A DNA stretch of 54,121 nt from Clostridiales bacterium (GTDB lineage: Bacteria > Bacillota > Clostridia > Saccharofermentanales > Saccharofermentanaceae). A program made the position numbers and the translations under genes. Position 1 is the first letter of the stretch; the number at the start of each line of letters is the position of its first letter. Positions 8,663 through 17,210 of this stretch are shown one piece after another. Location of the stretch: contig JAFWSW010000109.1 of the NCBI GenBank assembly GCA_017519205.1, positions 1 to 54,121 on the forward strand. Reading direction: 5' to 3'. The notes beneath the pieces are model-generated. The model was not told where the DNA came from, searched no databases, and was given only the letters and a program-made list of their open reading frames with translations.

Positions 8663-9489
8663 ATAAAAAAGAATATGTTTCTGCGCTTCGTGCGCAGTTG
8701 AAAAGACTTCCTTCCGATGACGTGGAGGAGATCGTAAAAGAGTTTGAAACACACTTCGATATCGGAGTGTCTGAAGGTAAGACCGAGAGCGAGATCGCAG
8801 CGAAGCTCGGATCTCCGGAGGAAGTCGCGAAGATCTATCTTGGTGATTCCGTTCCGGATTTCGATGTGGCTGCAGCCGGAAATGCCGCTGCACCGCAGTT
8901 CCCGATCATCCCGGTAAAGACAGGCATGGTCATCGACCGCGGCATCGGCCCGCAGACAGCGGCCGGATTCGCAGATCCCGTTCATGCAAAACCGATCGTT
9001 AACAACCCGCCGAAGGCGGAGCCGGCAGGTGCCGCTTTCGCACATACAGGTGCGAAAGCAAAGGAAGAGTACGCTGAGGTAACCCGTCAGGGAAAGAAAG
9101 ACTACCAGCTTCCGGATTATTCGGAGTATCCGAGTAAGGGCGGCAAGCATCCGGAGCCGGAGAAGAAGGAACATAATCTGGCATGGGCCATCCTGTTCAC
9201 GATCTTCGTATTCTTCCCGGTATGGGTACTCGCACTGGGTCTTCTGGTGCTTCTGATCGCGCTCCCGTTTGTACAGGGAATCTTCTCCGCACTTCTGTTC
9301 ACATGGATCCCGGGCATGTGCACCGGTGTCGCAGGAACAGTCTGCATGGCGATAAGCCTGGCATTCGCGGCGATCGCATTCCTCTTCGTGGCATACTTCG
9401 CCATCAAGGGATTTATCCTCGGAACAGTCCGCTATTTCCGCTACATCTTTAAGATCAACAGCGGAAGTGAGAAAGGAGGCAACGCATGA
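8659..9489 (+). CDS. DUF1700 (HAAS-type) membrane protein
   Basis: 276 aa. N-terminal KKEYVSALRAQLKRLPSDDVEEIVKEFETHF typical of DUF1700. P/A-rich linker. C-terminal multi-TM region. Overlaps the padR stop. Confidence 0.75.
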   Translation: MNKKEYVSALRAQLKRLPSDDVEEIVKEFETHFDIGVSEGKTESEIAAKLGSPEEVAKIYLGDSVPDFDVAAAGNAAAPQFPIIPVKTGMVIDRGIGPQTAAGFADPVHAKPIVNNPPKAEPAGAAFAHTGAKAKEEYAEVTRQGKKDYQLPDYSEYPSKGGKHPEPEKKEHNLAWAILFTIFVFFPVWVLALGLLVLLIALPFVQGIFSALLFTWIPGMCTGVAGTVCMAISLAFAAIAFLFVAYFAIKGFILGTVRYFRYIFKINSGSEKGGNA

Positions 9490-9926
9490 AAAACAGAACA
9501 GCAGTTGCTATCGTAATCATGGTCGTATGCTTCGCGATTTCCATCTCGTTCCTGTTCCTCAGTCTCGGATTCTATCTTCTTACCGGGACAAAAGAAGTCG
9601 CTGAACGTATCTACACCGGTGAATGGGATGATATTCCGGACAAGTTCAACGAATATATCGATGTCGGCGACAAGAGCGTAAAGATCGATGCAAAGGGACT
9701 GCACGTCGTCGTTGACGATCTCGGTGTCGATGTTGAGATCCTGGGCGTCAAGATCAAGACCAGGGATGAGGATGAGGCAAAAGCCAGAGAAGAAGCTGAG
9801 AAGCTTGAGGAAGAACTCAAAAAGATCGAAGACAAGAAGACCCCGGGGGATGAGGGGCCGGAGCATGGCAAGAAAGACCATGACAAAAAACATCATGACA
9901 AGAAGCCGGATGGGAAAGATTCTTAA
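9486..9926 (+). CDS. Small membrane-anchored protein with K/E/D-rich tail
   Basis: 146 aa. Overlaps the upstream stop (ATGA). One N-terminal TM helix. Third gene of the padR operon. Confidence 0.55.
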   Translation: MKNRTAVAIVIMVVCFAISISFLFLSLGFYLLTGTKEVAERIYTGEWDDIPDKFNEYIDVGDKSVKIDAKGLHVVVDDLGVDVEILGVKIKTRDEDEAKAREEAEKLEEELKKIEDKKTPGDEGPEHGKKDHDKKHHDKKPDGKDS

Positions 9927-9975
9927 CGGACTCTCTTTATAGAAACGGCATAGTCGGGAAAAGAAACTGAATGGG

Positions 9976-10009
9976 AAGAGGCTGTCTCTTTTGAGACGGC
10001 CTCTTTTCT
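9976..10009 (+). terminator. Rho-independent terminator
   Basis: aagaggctgtctc / tttt / gagacggcctctt followed by a T-run. Confidence 0.8.
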
Positions 10010-10025
10010 ATGTGTGAGAAATTTC

Positions 10026-10054
10026 TTGACAACAACGTGATTTCGGAAGATAAT
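10026..10054 (+). promoter_or_regulatory. Sigma-A type promoter of the T-box leader
   Basis: TTGACA 10026-10031, 17-nt spacer, GATAAT 10049-10054. Confidence 0.7.
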
Positions 10055-10061
10055 CTGCTTA

Positions 10062-10369
10062 ATAATATAAATGCGCTGACGGAGAAGAGTAGCGGTCAGA
10101 TGTCGTACAGGGCGTGCGGGCGGAAGAATTGAGAGCCTGCATACGAAGGAAGATCAGTCGAAGTTCCCTCCCGAGCAGATCTGCAGAACGTTGAGGAGAC
10201 TCGGCAATTAGGTGGATACGGAAGAGCCCGCCGTTACTTAGGGCAGAGGCTGATAGGCCTTGACGAGCGCGAGTGCTTTTCACAAAGGAAAAGACTCGAA
10301 AATGGGTGGTACCGCGAAACTAGTTATTTCGTCCCATTGCTGTTTGAAGGAACGGCGATGGGATTTTTT
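10062..10369 (+). promoter_or_regulatory. T-box leader (tRNA-sensing transcription attenuator), specifier codon unresolved
   Basis: GA/K-turn plus AGUA box (ctgacggagaagagta) at 10076-10091. F-box CCGTTA at 10231-10236. Stem III at 10271-10297. T-box aaaatgggtggtaccgcg at 10299-10316. aatggg 10301-10306 can pair with cccatt 10333-10338, the antiterminator alternative. Terminator stem 10331-10364 plus T-run to 10369. Confidence 0.85.
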
Positions 10370-10400
10370 GTTGCCGTTCATGCGAAAGGAAGGTATGAAC

Positions 10401-11723
10401 ATGAGAAGAGAAGTGAATTCATGGATCTATGATCCGAAAGCCGAGTGCATGTCGGATGACGAGCGCGCACAGGTTCAGAGCGAACGCCTGATCAAATGCG
10501 TCAACCGCATGTGGGAGAATGTTCCGTACTACAGAAAACGTATGGAAGAAAAGGGCGTGACTCCTGGCGATATCAAGAGCGTCGAGGATCTGCCGAAACT
10601 CCCGTTCACAGATAAATTCGACTTCAGAGATAACTATCCGTTCGGAACACTGGCGGTACCGAGAGACCAGCTCGTCCGTGTACACGCTTCTTCCGGTACG
10701 ACCGGTAAAATGAAGGTCGTCGGTTATACGGCTAACGATGTAAAGCTCTGGAACTCCGTTCTTTGCCGTGCGATGGCAAGATCCGGCGTACAGAAGGGTG
10801 ACCTCGTGCATATCGCTTACGGCTACGGCCTGTTCACCGGCGGTCTTGGTCCGCACTTCGCCTGTGCGGAACTCGGAGCAACCGCGATCCCGGTATCCGG
10901 CGGTAATACGGCAAGACAGATCACGATCCTTCGCGAGTGGAAGCCGGAAGTCCTGATGTGCACACCAACCTATGCTCTGCATATTGCCGACCAGCTCGAA
11001 GCTGCCGGCGTTGATAAGTCCGAACTGAATCTGCGCTGCGGTATCTTCGGTGCGGAGGCCTGGACACTGGAGATGAGAGATCAGATCGAAGAGAAGCTCG
11101 GTCTTCGTGCTTTCGATATCTATGGTCTTACCGAGATCTGCGGACCGGGTGTAGGATGCTCCTGCGACAAGTCCGACCTGATCCACATCGAGTCTGACCA
11201 CTTCATTCCGGAGATCGTAGATCCTGAGACAGGCGAGCCGCTGCCGGACGGACAGCTCGGTGAACTCGTATTCTCTTCCATCTCGAAGGAAGGTGTACCG
11301 CTCCTGCGTTATAACACACACGACCTGACACGTCTTTACCACGGCAAGTGTGAGTGCGGACGTACCACACCGAAGATCGAGAAGGTAACAGGACGTGCCG
11401 ACGACATGATGATCATCCGCGGCGTTAACGTATTCCCGTCCCAGATCGAGGCTGTTCTCCTTGCTCACAGTGAGGTTGAACCGCACTACATGATCTACCT
11501 TGATCGTGCACAGAACCTCGACAGAATGACCGTCAAGGTCGAGATGACACCGTCGTTCTTCTCCGACTCCATCCGTGAGATCGAAAAGACCGAGAGAATG
11601 CTCGAGGGCGAGATCGCATCCATGACCGGTATCCATGCGAAGATCAAGCTCTGCGAGCCGAGATCACTTCCGAGATCGGAAGGTAAGATGAAGCGAGTCA
11701 TCGACGAGCGCTTCAAAAAGTAA
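10401..11723 (+). CDS. Phenylacetate-CoA ligase family (PaaK-like) adenylate-forming enzyme
   Basis: 440 aa from ATG 10401, 7 nt after AGGAAGG. The ORF is open further upstream but that stretch overlaps the T-box terminator. SSGTTGK and YGLTE AMP-binding motifs. Confidence 0.85.
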   Translation: MRREVNSWIYDPKAECMSDDERAQVQSERLIKCVNRMWENVPYYRKRMEEKGVTPGDIKSVEDLPKLPFTDKFDFRDNYPFGTLAVPRDQLVRVHASSGTTGKMKVVGYTANDVKLWNSVLCRAMARSGVQKGDLVHIAYGYGLFTGGLGPHFACAELGATAIPVSGGNTARQITILREWKPEVLMCTPTYALHIADQLEAAGVDKSELNLRCGIFGAEAWTLEMRDQIEEKLGLRAFDIYGLTEICGPGVGCSCDKSDLIHIESDHFIPEIVDPETGEPLPDGQLGELVFSSISKEGVPLLRYNTHDLTRLYHGKCECGRTTPKIEKVTGRADDMMIIRGVNVFPSQIEAVLLAHSEVEPHYMIYLDRAQNLDRMTVKVEMTPSFFSDSIREIEKTERMLEGEIASMTGIHAKIKLCEPRSLPRSEGKMKRVIDERFKK

Positions 11724-11740
11724 TCGTTACTAATTAACCA

Positions 11741-11812
11741 GAAACAAAATAACTCTTTGCGACTTCAGACAGTATGCTAAAGCATAACTCGCCGCAAAGA
11801 GTTTTTTGTTTC
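11741..11812. terminator. Bidirectional hairpin terminator, second copy of the structured repeat seen at 3270-3343
   Basis: Arms 11741-11763 and 11791-11812 pair with a bulged T at 11750 and one mismatch. Same 29-nt apical module at 11763-11791. Lies between convergent genes. Confidence 0.75.
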
Positions 11813-11869
11813 TTTTATTTCTGTAGAACGATTGCTTTTTGAAGCATCTTGGCTCTTCCGGAGGAAGAG

Positions 11870-12493
11870 TTATTTGTTTCCGGGTTTCCAGGGCTTGGGG
11901 GAGAGGAGTGTGGTGCGGCCGATGTCGGGGAGGACGTCGTAGATGGAGCAGCCCATTCGGTTTTCAAAGTCTTCCTTGATGGCGAATGCTACTTCCCAGC
12001 CTTTGATGTATCCTTCCATGATGCCGTAGCGACGGGTGACGTCGACGAAGCGTTTTTCCAGGATGACGAATCCGTAGTCAGTGGCAAGTGCATCGCAGAG
12101 CTGGATCAGTTTGTCGTAGTCGTCCGCTTCGCATCCCAGGATATATTCCTTGATAGTTCTTTCGCTTTCGGTGTCGGGTTCATAGTTGAACTCATCCTTC
12201 ATGAGGAGATAGGAGTGGGTCATGCAGATCCTTGCTGCTTCATCCCAGCCCTTTTCCAAGCAATACTTGTACCCCTCGTAAACATGTGTGGGGATATTGA
12301 CGATGCCGACTCTTCTGCCGATGTCATGAAGCAGTCCGACGATATATGCTTTTTCAGGATCCATCGAGGGGATCTTTTCCGCGATGTTCCTGGCGGCGAG
12401 ACCTACATTTGCAGAGTGTTTCGTCCATGGTCCCGGATTCATTTCTCCGGCGATCTCAAGTTCATGTAATGCTTCTTCGACAGTCGGTAACAT
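11870..12493 (-). CDS. HD-domain phosphohydrolase family protein
   Basis: 207 aa. GLLHDIGR HD motif. The overlapping + strand ORF 11849-12469 has no recognisable motifs. Confidence 0.8.
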   Translation of the reverse strand: MLPTVEEALHELEIAGEMNPGPWTKHSANVGLAARNIAEKIPSMDPEKAYIVGLLHDIGRRVGIVNIPTHVYEGYKYCLEKGWDEAARICMTHSYLLMKDEFNYEPDTESERTIKEYILGCEADDYDKLIQLCDALATDYGFVILEKRFVDVTRRYGIMEGYIKGWEVAFAIKEDFENRMGCSIYDVLPDIGRTTLLSPKPWKPGNK

Positions 12494-12707
12494 AGTCGGG
12501 CTCCTTTTGAAGTGTTTTTCACTATACTAGCATAGAAGGCGGCTTTTTGCAGACGGCACTGCAAATAGGCATTTGTATTTCGAGGCGGGTATACTCGATT
12601 TCAAGGAAAAGTAAAGTTATAATTACTTTTATACGAGGGGGCGTAAATGGACTGTTCGAAGTAAAAGGCAGAACAGCTGTCGTCCCGAGTATGAAAGGAA
12701 ATGAAAA

Positions 12708-13928
12708 ATGGCAACGCTTTGCAGAAATTGTAATCATGCGCTTATATATTCACCTGAGATCCGTAAGGTGTACTGTACATATTGCGGCAGTGCTTTTGAA
12801 GCGGAAGAGGTCGAGTCCGAGGCGAAGAAATACAGAGAGAATGAGCGCGTTCTTACCCGCGGTGAGGTGTATGGCGACGATGAGGTGATCGATGAGTTCC
12901 TCGAAGCCTATGTGTACACATGCAGCGAGTGCGGCGGCGAGATCAAGATCCATGGAACGGAAACTTCCACGACATGTATCTACTGTGGTAATCCGAATGT
13001 GGTGTTCTCCCGTGTTGCAAAGGACAAGATGCCGGATGCGATCATTCCGTTTACTGTACCAAGAGCTCAGGCGCTTAATTCGATCCGTACGATCATCGAT
13101 CAGGCGGCGTTTCCGCCGGCGGAACTGAAGAATCTGAAAGTGGAAGATATCCGTGGAATCTATCTTCCATACTGGGTCGTAAGTGCGACTCACGAGGAGA
13201 CCGCGGTAGTCCAGATCGCAGTAAGCTCCGGTACGACAAAGTACAAATATGTAGGCCGTACGGGATTCATGAACATCAACAGCTTTCCGGTCGACGGATG
13301 CCGTATCCTTTCGGATGAGAGCAGCTCGAGACTGGAACCGTTTGATCTTAATGGAATGAAGAGATTTGACGAGGACTACCTTCTGGGATTCTATTCCAAC
13401 TCTTCCGACATCTCCTACGATGAACTGTATCTGGCAGTCGAAAGACGAGGAAAAGAGATCTTCGAAACAACGCTGAAGAAGGAGATGAAGTCCACCAAGA
13501 TCGTCGGTGAAGTACATGAGACATCGATTGCTGATAACTATCTGTATGCGATGTTCCCGGTATGGTTCGTGACATTCTGTCTGAACGGCCAGCCGCATAC
13601 CATCCTGGTCAACGGCCAGACAGGCAAGGTCGTGTGCGGTATTCCATACGATCGGAAGAAGGTAAGAAGGACGATGATCTTTTGGGGCACGCTCATCACG
13701 GCGGTAGGCGTCGGTGTTCTTTTCGGAATCCTTTATGCACTCGGATTTAGGGAACTTGGCGAGAAATCCGTACTCTCCGGGACGTGTGATTTCGTCTTGT
13801 CCGCATGTTTGATCTTCGGAACCGGCTGGCTGTTATACGGATTGGATAGGATGAAAAAAGTTAAGAAGCAGCTCGAACGTACACAGGCGGAGAATATGTT
13901 CCGCTTTGTAAAGAGAAGACAGGGGTAA
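12708..13928 (+). CDS. Double zinc-ribbon membrane protein, paralog 1 of 3 (unknown family)
   Basis: 406 aa. CxxC...CxxC at residues 5-26 and a second CxxC...CxxC (YTCSECGG...CIYCGNPN). Conserved IYLPYW, FPVDGC, FDEDYLLGFYSN and MFPVWFVTF motifs. Two C-terminal TM helices, then a basic tail. Confidence 0.85.
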   Translation: MATLCRNCNHALIYSPEIRKVYCTYCGSAFEAEEVESEAKKYRENERVLTRGEVYGDDEVIDEFLEAYVYTCSECGGEIKIHGTETSTTCIYCGNPNVVFSRVAKDKMPDAIIPFTVPRAQALNSIRTIIDQAAFPPAELKNLKVEDIRGIYLPYWVVSATHEETAVVQIAVSSGTTKYKYVGRTGFMNINSFPVDGCRILSDESSSRLEPFDLNGMKRFDEDYLLGFYSNSSDISYDELYLAVERRGKEIFETTLKKEMKSTKIVGEVHETSIADNYLYAMFPVWFVTFCLNGQPHTILVNGQTGKVVCGIPYDRKKVRRTMIFWGTLITAVGVGVLFGILYALGFRELGEKSVLSGTCDFVLSACLIFGTGWLLYGLDRMKKVKKQLERTQAENMFRFVKRRQG

Positions 13929-13933
13929 TTGAA

Positions 13934-14221
13934 ATGGTAACAGTAATCATTATCACATTCATTTTCGGTTTGCTCGCCGGAATCGGCGGAGTCTGCAATA
14001 TCATCGGCAACATGCTGAGAAAGAGAAATAACTTCGGTGACAGCCACGCGGACCCGCATACATATACGCAGCTGGTGACATTTACCGACTGCTCCGAGCG
14101 TATGTATCCGTCGGATAAATCAACTATGGAATATATCGGTAATCATCCTCCGAGAAAAGCTTCGTTCCCGACGGCGCCGCGAGGTGATGCGCCGGTGGAG
14201 AGCCCGAGGACACGCCGATAA
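13934..14221 (+). CDS. Small single-pass membrane protein, partner 1 (C-terminally shorter than partners 2 and 3)
   Basis: 95 aa. Starts 5 nt after the upstream stop. N-terminal TM. NNFGDSHAD and FPTAPRG motifs shared with the other two small ORFs. Confidence 0.65.
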   Translation: MVTVIIITFIFGLLAGIGGVCNIIGNMLRKRNNFGDSHADPHTYTQLVTFTDCSERMYPSDKSTMEYIGNHPPRKASFPTAPRGDAPVESPRTRR

Positions 14222-14294
14222 CAAAACGATGATCTGACTCGGGCAGAGAAGTTTCTGAGTCAGTGGGAGATAGAAGAAAAGGGAGGTATAGAAA

Positions 14295-15536
14295 ATGGCA
14301 ACACTTTGCAAGAACTGCAGTCATGCTCTGATCTACGATCCTAGCGTCAAAAAGATGCTGTGCACCACGTGTGGCAGTACTTTTAACGCGGAAGAAGTGG
14401 AATCTGAATCGAAGAAGTTCAGGGAAGACGAAAAAGTCAGAAGACGTGATGAAGTGTACGGGGACGACACTGATGAAGCTGTTGAGGAATACCTCGAGAA
14501 CTATGTCTATACCTGCAGTGAGTGTGGCGGCGAGATCGTGATCCACGGATCCGAGGCATCGACGAAGTGTGTCTTCTGCGGGAATCCGAACGTCGTCTTC
14601 TCGCGCATCTCGAAAGAGAAGATGCCGGAATATATTATTCCGTTCACTGTTACGAAAGAACAGGCGCTCTCGGCAATCAAGAGTAAGATCGCGAATTCGG
14701 TCTTCGTGCCGGATGAGATTAAGAATTTCCAGCCGGAAGATGTGCGTGGTATCTATCTTCCCTACTGGATCGTCGAGGCATACTATGATGAAGTCTGCGT
14801 GATCTCCAGCACAGTATCCCGGGGGAAAACCAGCACGACGATCTATTCGGGCAGGAGAGGAAATCTTCACATGAAGAAGTTCCCCGTGGATGGGTGTGCG
14901 ATCCTCTCAAATGAGAGTTCCGCGCGTCTCGAACCGTTCAATCTCCACGCGATGAAGCCGTTCGATGAGGACTATCTCCTCGGATTCTATTCGAACGCGT
15001 CGGATATCAATTATGAAGAACTCTGGCATGTACCTGCCGCGCGCGCGCAGAAGATCTTTGAAGAGGCCGCTCTGTCTGATGTGAGCGGATCCTCTCCCAA
15101 ACTCATTTCGGAATCGCATATGGTATCGGTACTGAATAACTACCAGTACGCGATGTTCCCTGTGTGGTTCGTGACATTTACTTACGAGGGAAAGCACAAT
15201 ACCATCCTGGTCAACGGACAGACCAACAAGGTCGTCTGCGGTCTGCCATGGAGAAAGCCTCTTTTCTGGGCAATGACGATCGGCATCGGATTGGCGCTGA
15301 CGTTCTTATCGTATTTCGCGTTCGAAGCACTGTTTAACATCATTCTTACAGCCGGTGCTTCAAGACGTTCCGGCAGTTCAAGAAATGACGGCAGCTCAAA
15401 GCTCATTGTCGGGATCGCGGTCGGTATATTCACGCTGTTTGCTACCGGTTATAAAAAGATGAAGAAAGTACTCAAGCAGATCGAACTGACGCAGTCGGCC
15501 AAGACATTTAACTTCGTAAAGAAGAGACAGGAGTAA
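14295..15536 (+). CDS. Double zinc-ribbon membrane protein, paralog 2 of 3
   Basis: 413 aa. Same architecture and motifs as 12708-13928. AAGGGAGG RBS. Confidence 0.85.
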   Translation: MATLCKNCSHALIYDPSVKKMLCTTCGSTFNAEEVESESKKFREDEKVRRRDEVYGDDTDEAVEEYLENYVYTCSECGGEIVIHGSEASTKCVFCGNPNVVFSRISKEKMPEYIIPFTVTKEQALSAIKSKIANSVFVPDEIKNFQPEDVRGIYLPYWIVEAYYDEVCVISSTVSRGKTSTTIYSGRRGNLHMKKFPVDGCAILSNESSARLEPFNLHAMKPFDEDYLLGFYSNASDINYEELWHVPAARAQKIFEEAALSDVSGSSPKLISESHMVSVLNNYQYAMFPVWFVTFTYEGKHNTILVNGQTNKVVCGLPWRKPLFWAMTIGIGLALTFLSYFAFEALFNIILTAGASRRSGSSRNDGSSKLIVGIAVGIFTLFATGYKKMKKVLKQIELTQSAKTFNFVKKRQE

Positions 15537-15540
15537 GAAG

Positions 15541-15945
15541 ATGGTAGAATTCTTTGCATTCATATTTGCCTGCGGACTCGGATTCGGTGTAGCATTCTGG
15601 ATCGCGGCATCGACTCTCAATAAATCCAATAATATAGGTGACTCCTATGCGGACACGACATACTATTCTTCCGGCGCGAATATTACTCACAAGGACAGAC
15701 TGACGAGTCAGGCCGCAATAGATGCATATGCGAATACGAGCGGATTTAAAAAGTCGACACTGCCGCTTGCTCCGAGGGGACTAAAGCCGGTCGAGAAAAC
15801 TGTGAAAAGAAGAGGTGGCCAGACTGAAGGGACAACGGATGAGACGCAGGTTCAGGAAGCGGCTGCTACGGTGGAAAAGAAGGTTAAGCCTCAATCCCCG
15901 AAAAGAGATCCGTCTGCTTTCCCGAGATCTTTCCACGATGTATAA
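15541..15945 (+). CDS. Small single-pass membrane protein, partner 2
   Basis: 134 aa. Starts 4 nt after the upstream stop. TM FAFIFACGLGFGVAFWIA. Motifs NNIGDSYAD, STLPLAPRG, C-terminal FPRSFHDV. Confidence 0.7.
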   Translation: MVEFFAFIFACGLGFGVAFWIAASTLNKSNNIGDSYADTTYYSSGANITHKDRLTSQAAIDAYANTSGFKKSTLPLAPRGLKPVEKTVKRRGGQTEGTTDETQVQEAAATVEKKVKPQSPKRDPSAFPRSFHDV

Positions 15946-15970
15946 ATAGAAGAAAAGGGAGATATAGAAA

Positions 15971-17203
15971 ATGGCAACACTTTGCAAGAACTGCAGTCAT
16001 GCTCTGATCTTCGATCCTGGTGTCAAAAAGATGCTGTGCACCACGTGTGGCAGTACTTTTAACGCGGAAGAAGTGGAATCTGAATCGAAGAAGTTCAGGG
16101 AAGAAGAACGCGTCAGAAGCCGTGACGAAGTGTACGGGACGGATAACACCGAAGTTGAAGAGAAATTCCTCGAGAACTATGTATACACCTGCAGTGAGTG
16201 TGGCGGCGAGATCGTGATCCACGGATCGGAAGCATCTACGAAGTGCATTTACTGCGGAAATCCGAATGTTGTATTCTCGCGCATTTCTAAAGAGAAGATG
16301 CCGGACTATATCATCCCGTTTTCCGTTACGAAGACACAGGCGATCAATGCGATCAAGAGAAAGATCGAGTATTCCCGCTTTATTCCGAAGGAGATCAGAG
16401 AGTTTGAGCCGGAAGATGTCCGCGGGATCTATATTCCGTACTGGATCGTTGAGGCCGATTTCGAAGGCGAATGTATCATTGAAAGCAAGGTATCGAACGG
16501 GAAGTCCACGTCGACTGTTCATACGAGAAAAAGGGGAGACCTGCATTTAAGCAAGTTCCCCGTGGATGGATGCGCGATCCTTTCCAATGAGAGTTCCGCA
16601 CGTCTGGAACCGTTCAATCCTAACGGTATGAAACCCTTTGATGAAGACTATCTTCTCGGATTCTATTCGAACGCGTCTGACATCAAATACGATGAACTGT
16701 GGAACGTTACGGCTGCACGGGCGAAAGAAATATTCGAGGTAGAGGCTTTGATGGATGTCAGAGGATCCTCCCCGAAGATCGTGGCGAGATCGCATAATCT
16801 TTCGCTCCTGAACAACTATAAGTATGCGATGTTCCCGGTGTGGTTCATCACCTTTACATACGCAGGAAAGCAACACACGATCCTTGTCAACGGACAGACA
16901 AATAAAGTCGTCTGCGGACTTCCGTGGAGACAGGATCTGTTCACGTGGATGATCGTCGGGATCGGCGCAGCACTGACGGTCCTGTCCTTCCTTGTGTTCA
17001 AGCCCGTGTTTTCGGTCTTTTTTAACACGGCGGCGAACTCGAAAAGCTCCGGAGAAGGTGCGAGCAAGATCCTGTTTTTTATCGGTGCTGGTATTGCCAC
17101 ACTGTTTATGACAGGTGTGCGGAAAATGAGGAGGGTCCTGAAACAGATCGAACTGACCCAGTCGACCAAGACATTTAACTTCGTAAAGAAGAGACAGGAG
17201 TGA
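15971..17203 (+). CDS. Double zinc-ribbon membrane protein, paralog 3 of 3
   Basis: 410 aa. Roughly three quarters identical to paralog 2 by eye. Same motifs. Confidence 0.85.
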   Translation: MATLCKNCSHALIFDPGVKKMLCTTCGSTFNAEEVESESKKFREEERVRSRDEVYGTDNTEVEEKFLENYVYTCSECGGEIVIHGSEASTKCIYCGNPNVVFSRISKEKMPDYIIPFSVTKTQAINAIKRKIEYSRFIPKEIREFEPEDVRGIYIPYWIVEADFEGECIIESKVSNGKSTSTVHTRKRGDLHLSKFPVDGCAILSNESSARLEPFNPNGMKPFDEDYLLGFYSNASDIKYDELWNVTAARAKEIFEVEALMDVRGSSPKIVARSHNLSLLNNYKYAMFPVWFITFTYAGKQHTILVNGQTNKVVCGLPWRQDLFTWMIVGIGAALTVLSFLVFKPVFSVFFNTAANSKSSGEGASKILFFIGAGIATLFMTGVRKMRRVLKQIELTQSTKTFNFVKKRQE

Positions 17204-17210
17204 GGCTATA

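Noticed and set aside
10206-10220. Second T-box-like string aattaggtggatacg, suggesting a tandem T-box
   Set aside because: There is only one terminator/antiterminator pair, and the total leader length (~300 nt) fits a single T-box. The string more likely belongs to the Stem I distal or Stem II region.
11849-12469. 206-aa + strand ORF overlapping the HD-domain gene
   Set aside because: The minus-strand frame carries the HD motif (GLLHDIGR) and sensible start and terminator context. The + frame has no motifs.
12624-12637. 14-mer tacttttatacgag shared with 54055-54068, both preceded by aaagtaa, hinting at a common leader element
   Set aside because: For a 54-kb window several exact 14-mer coincidences are expected by chance. 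The flanking similarity is short and AT-rich.
14234-14263. Hairpin ctgactc...gagtcag between module copies 1 and 2, as a possible terminator
   Set aside because: The stem is 7 bp, the loop is 16 nt, and no T-run follows. It is unlikely to terminate transcription.
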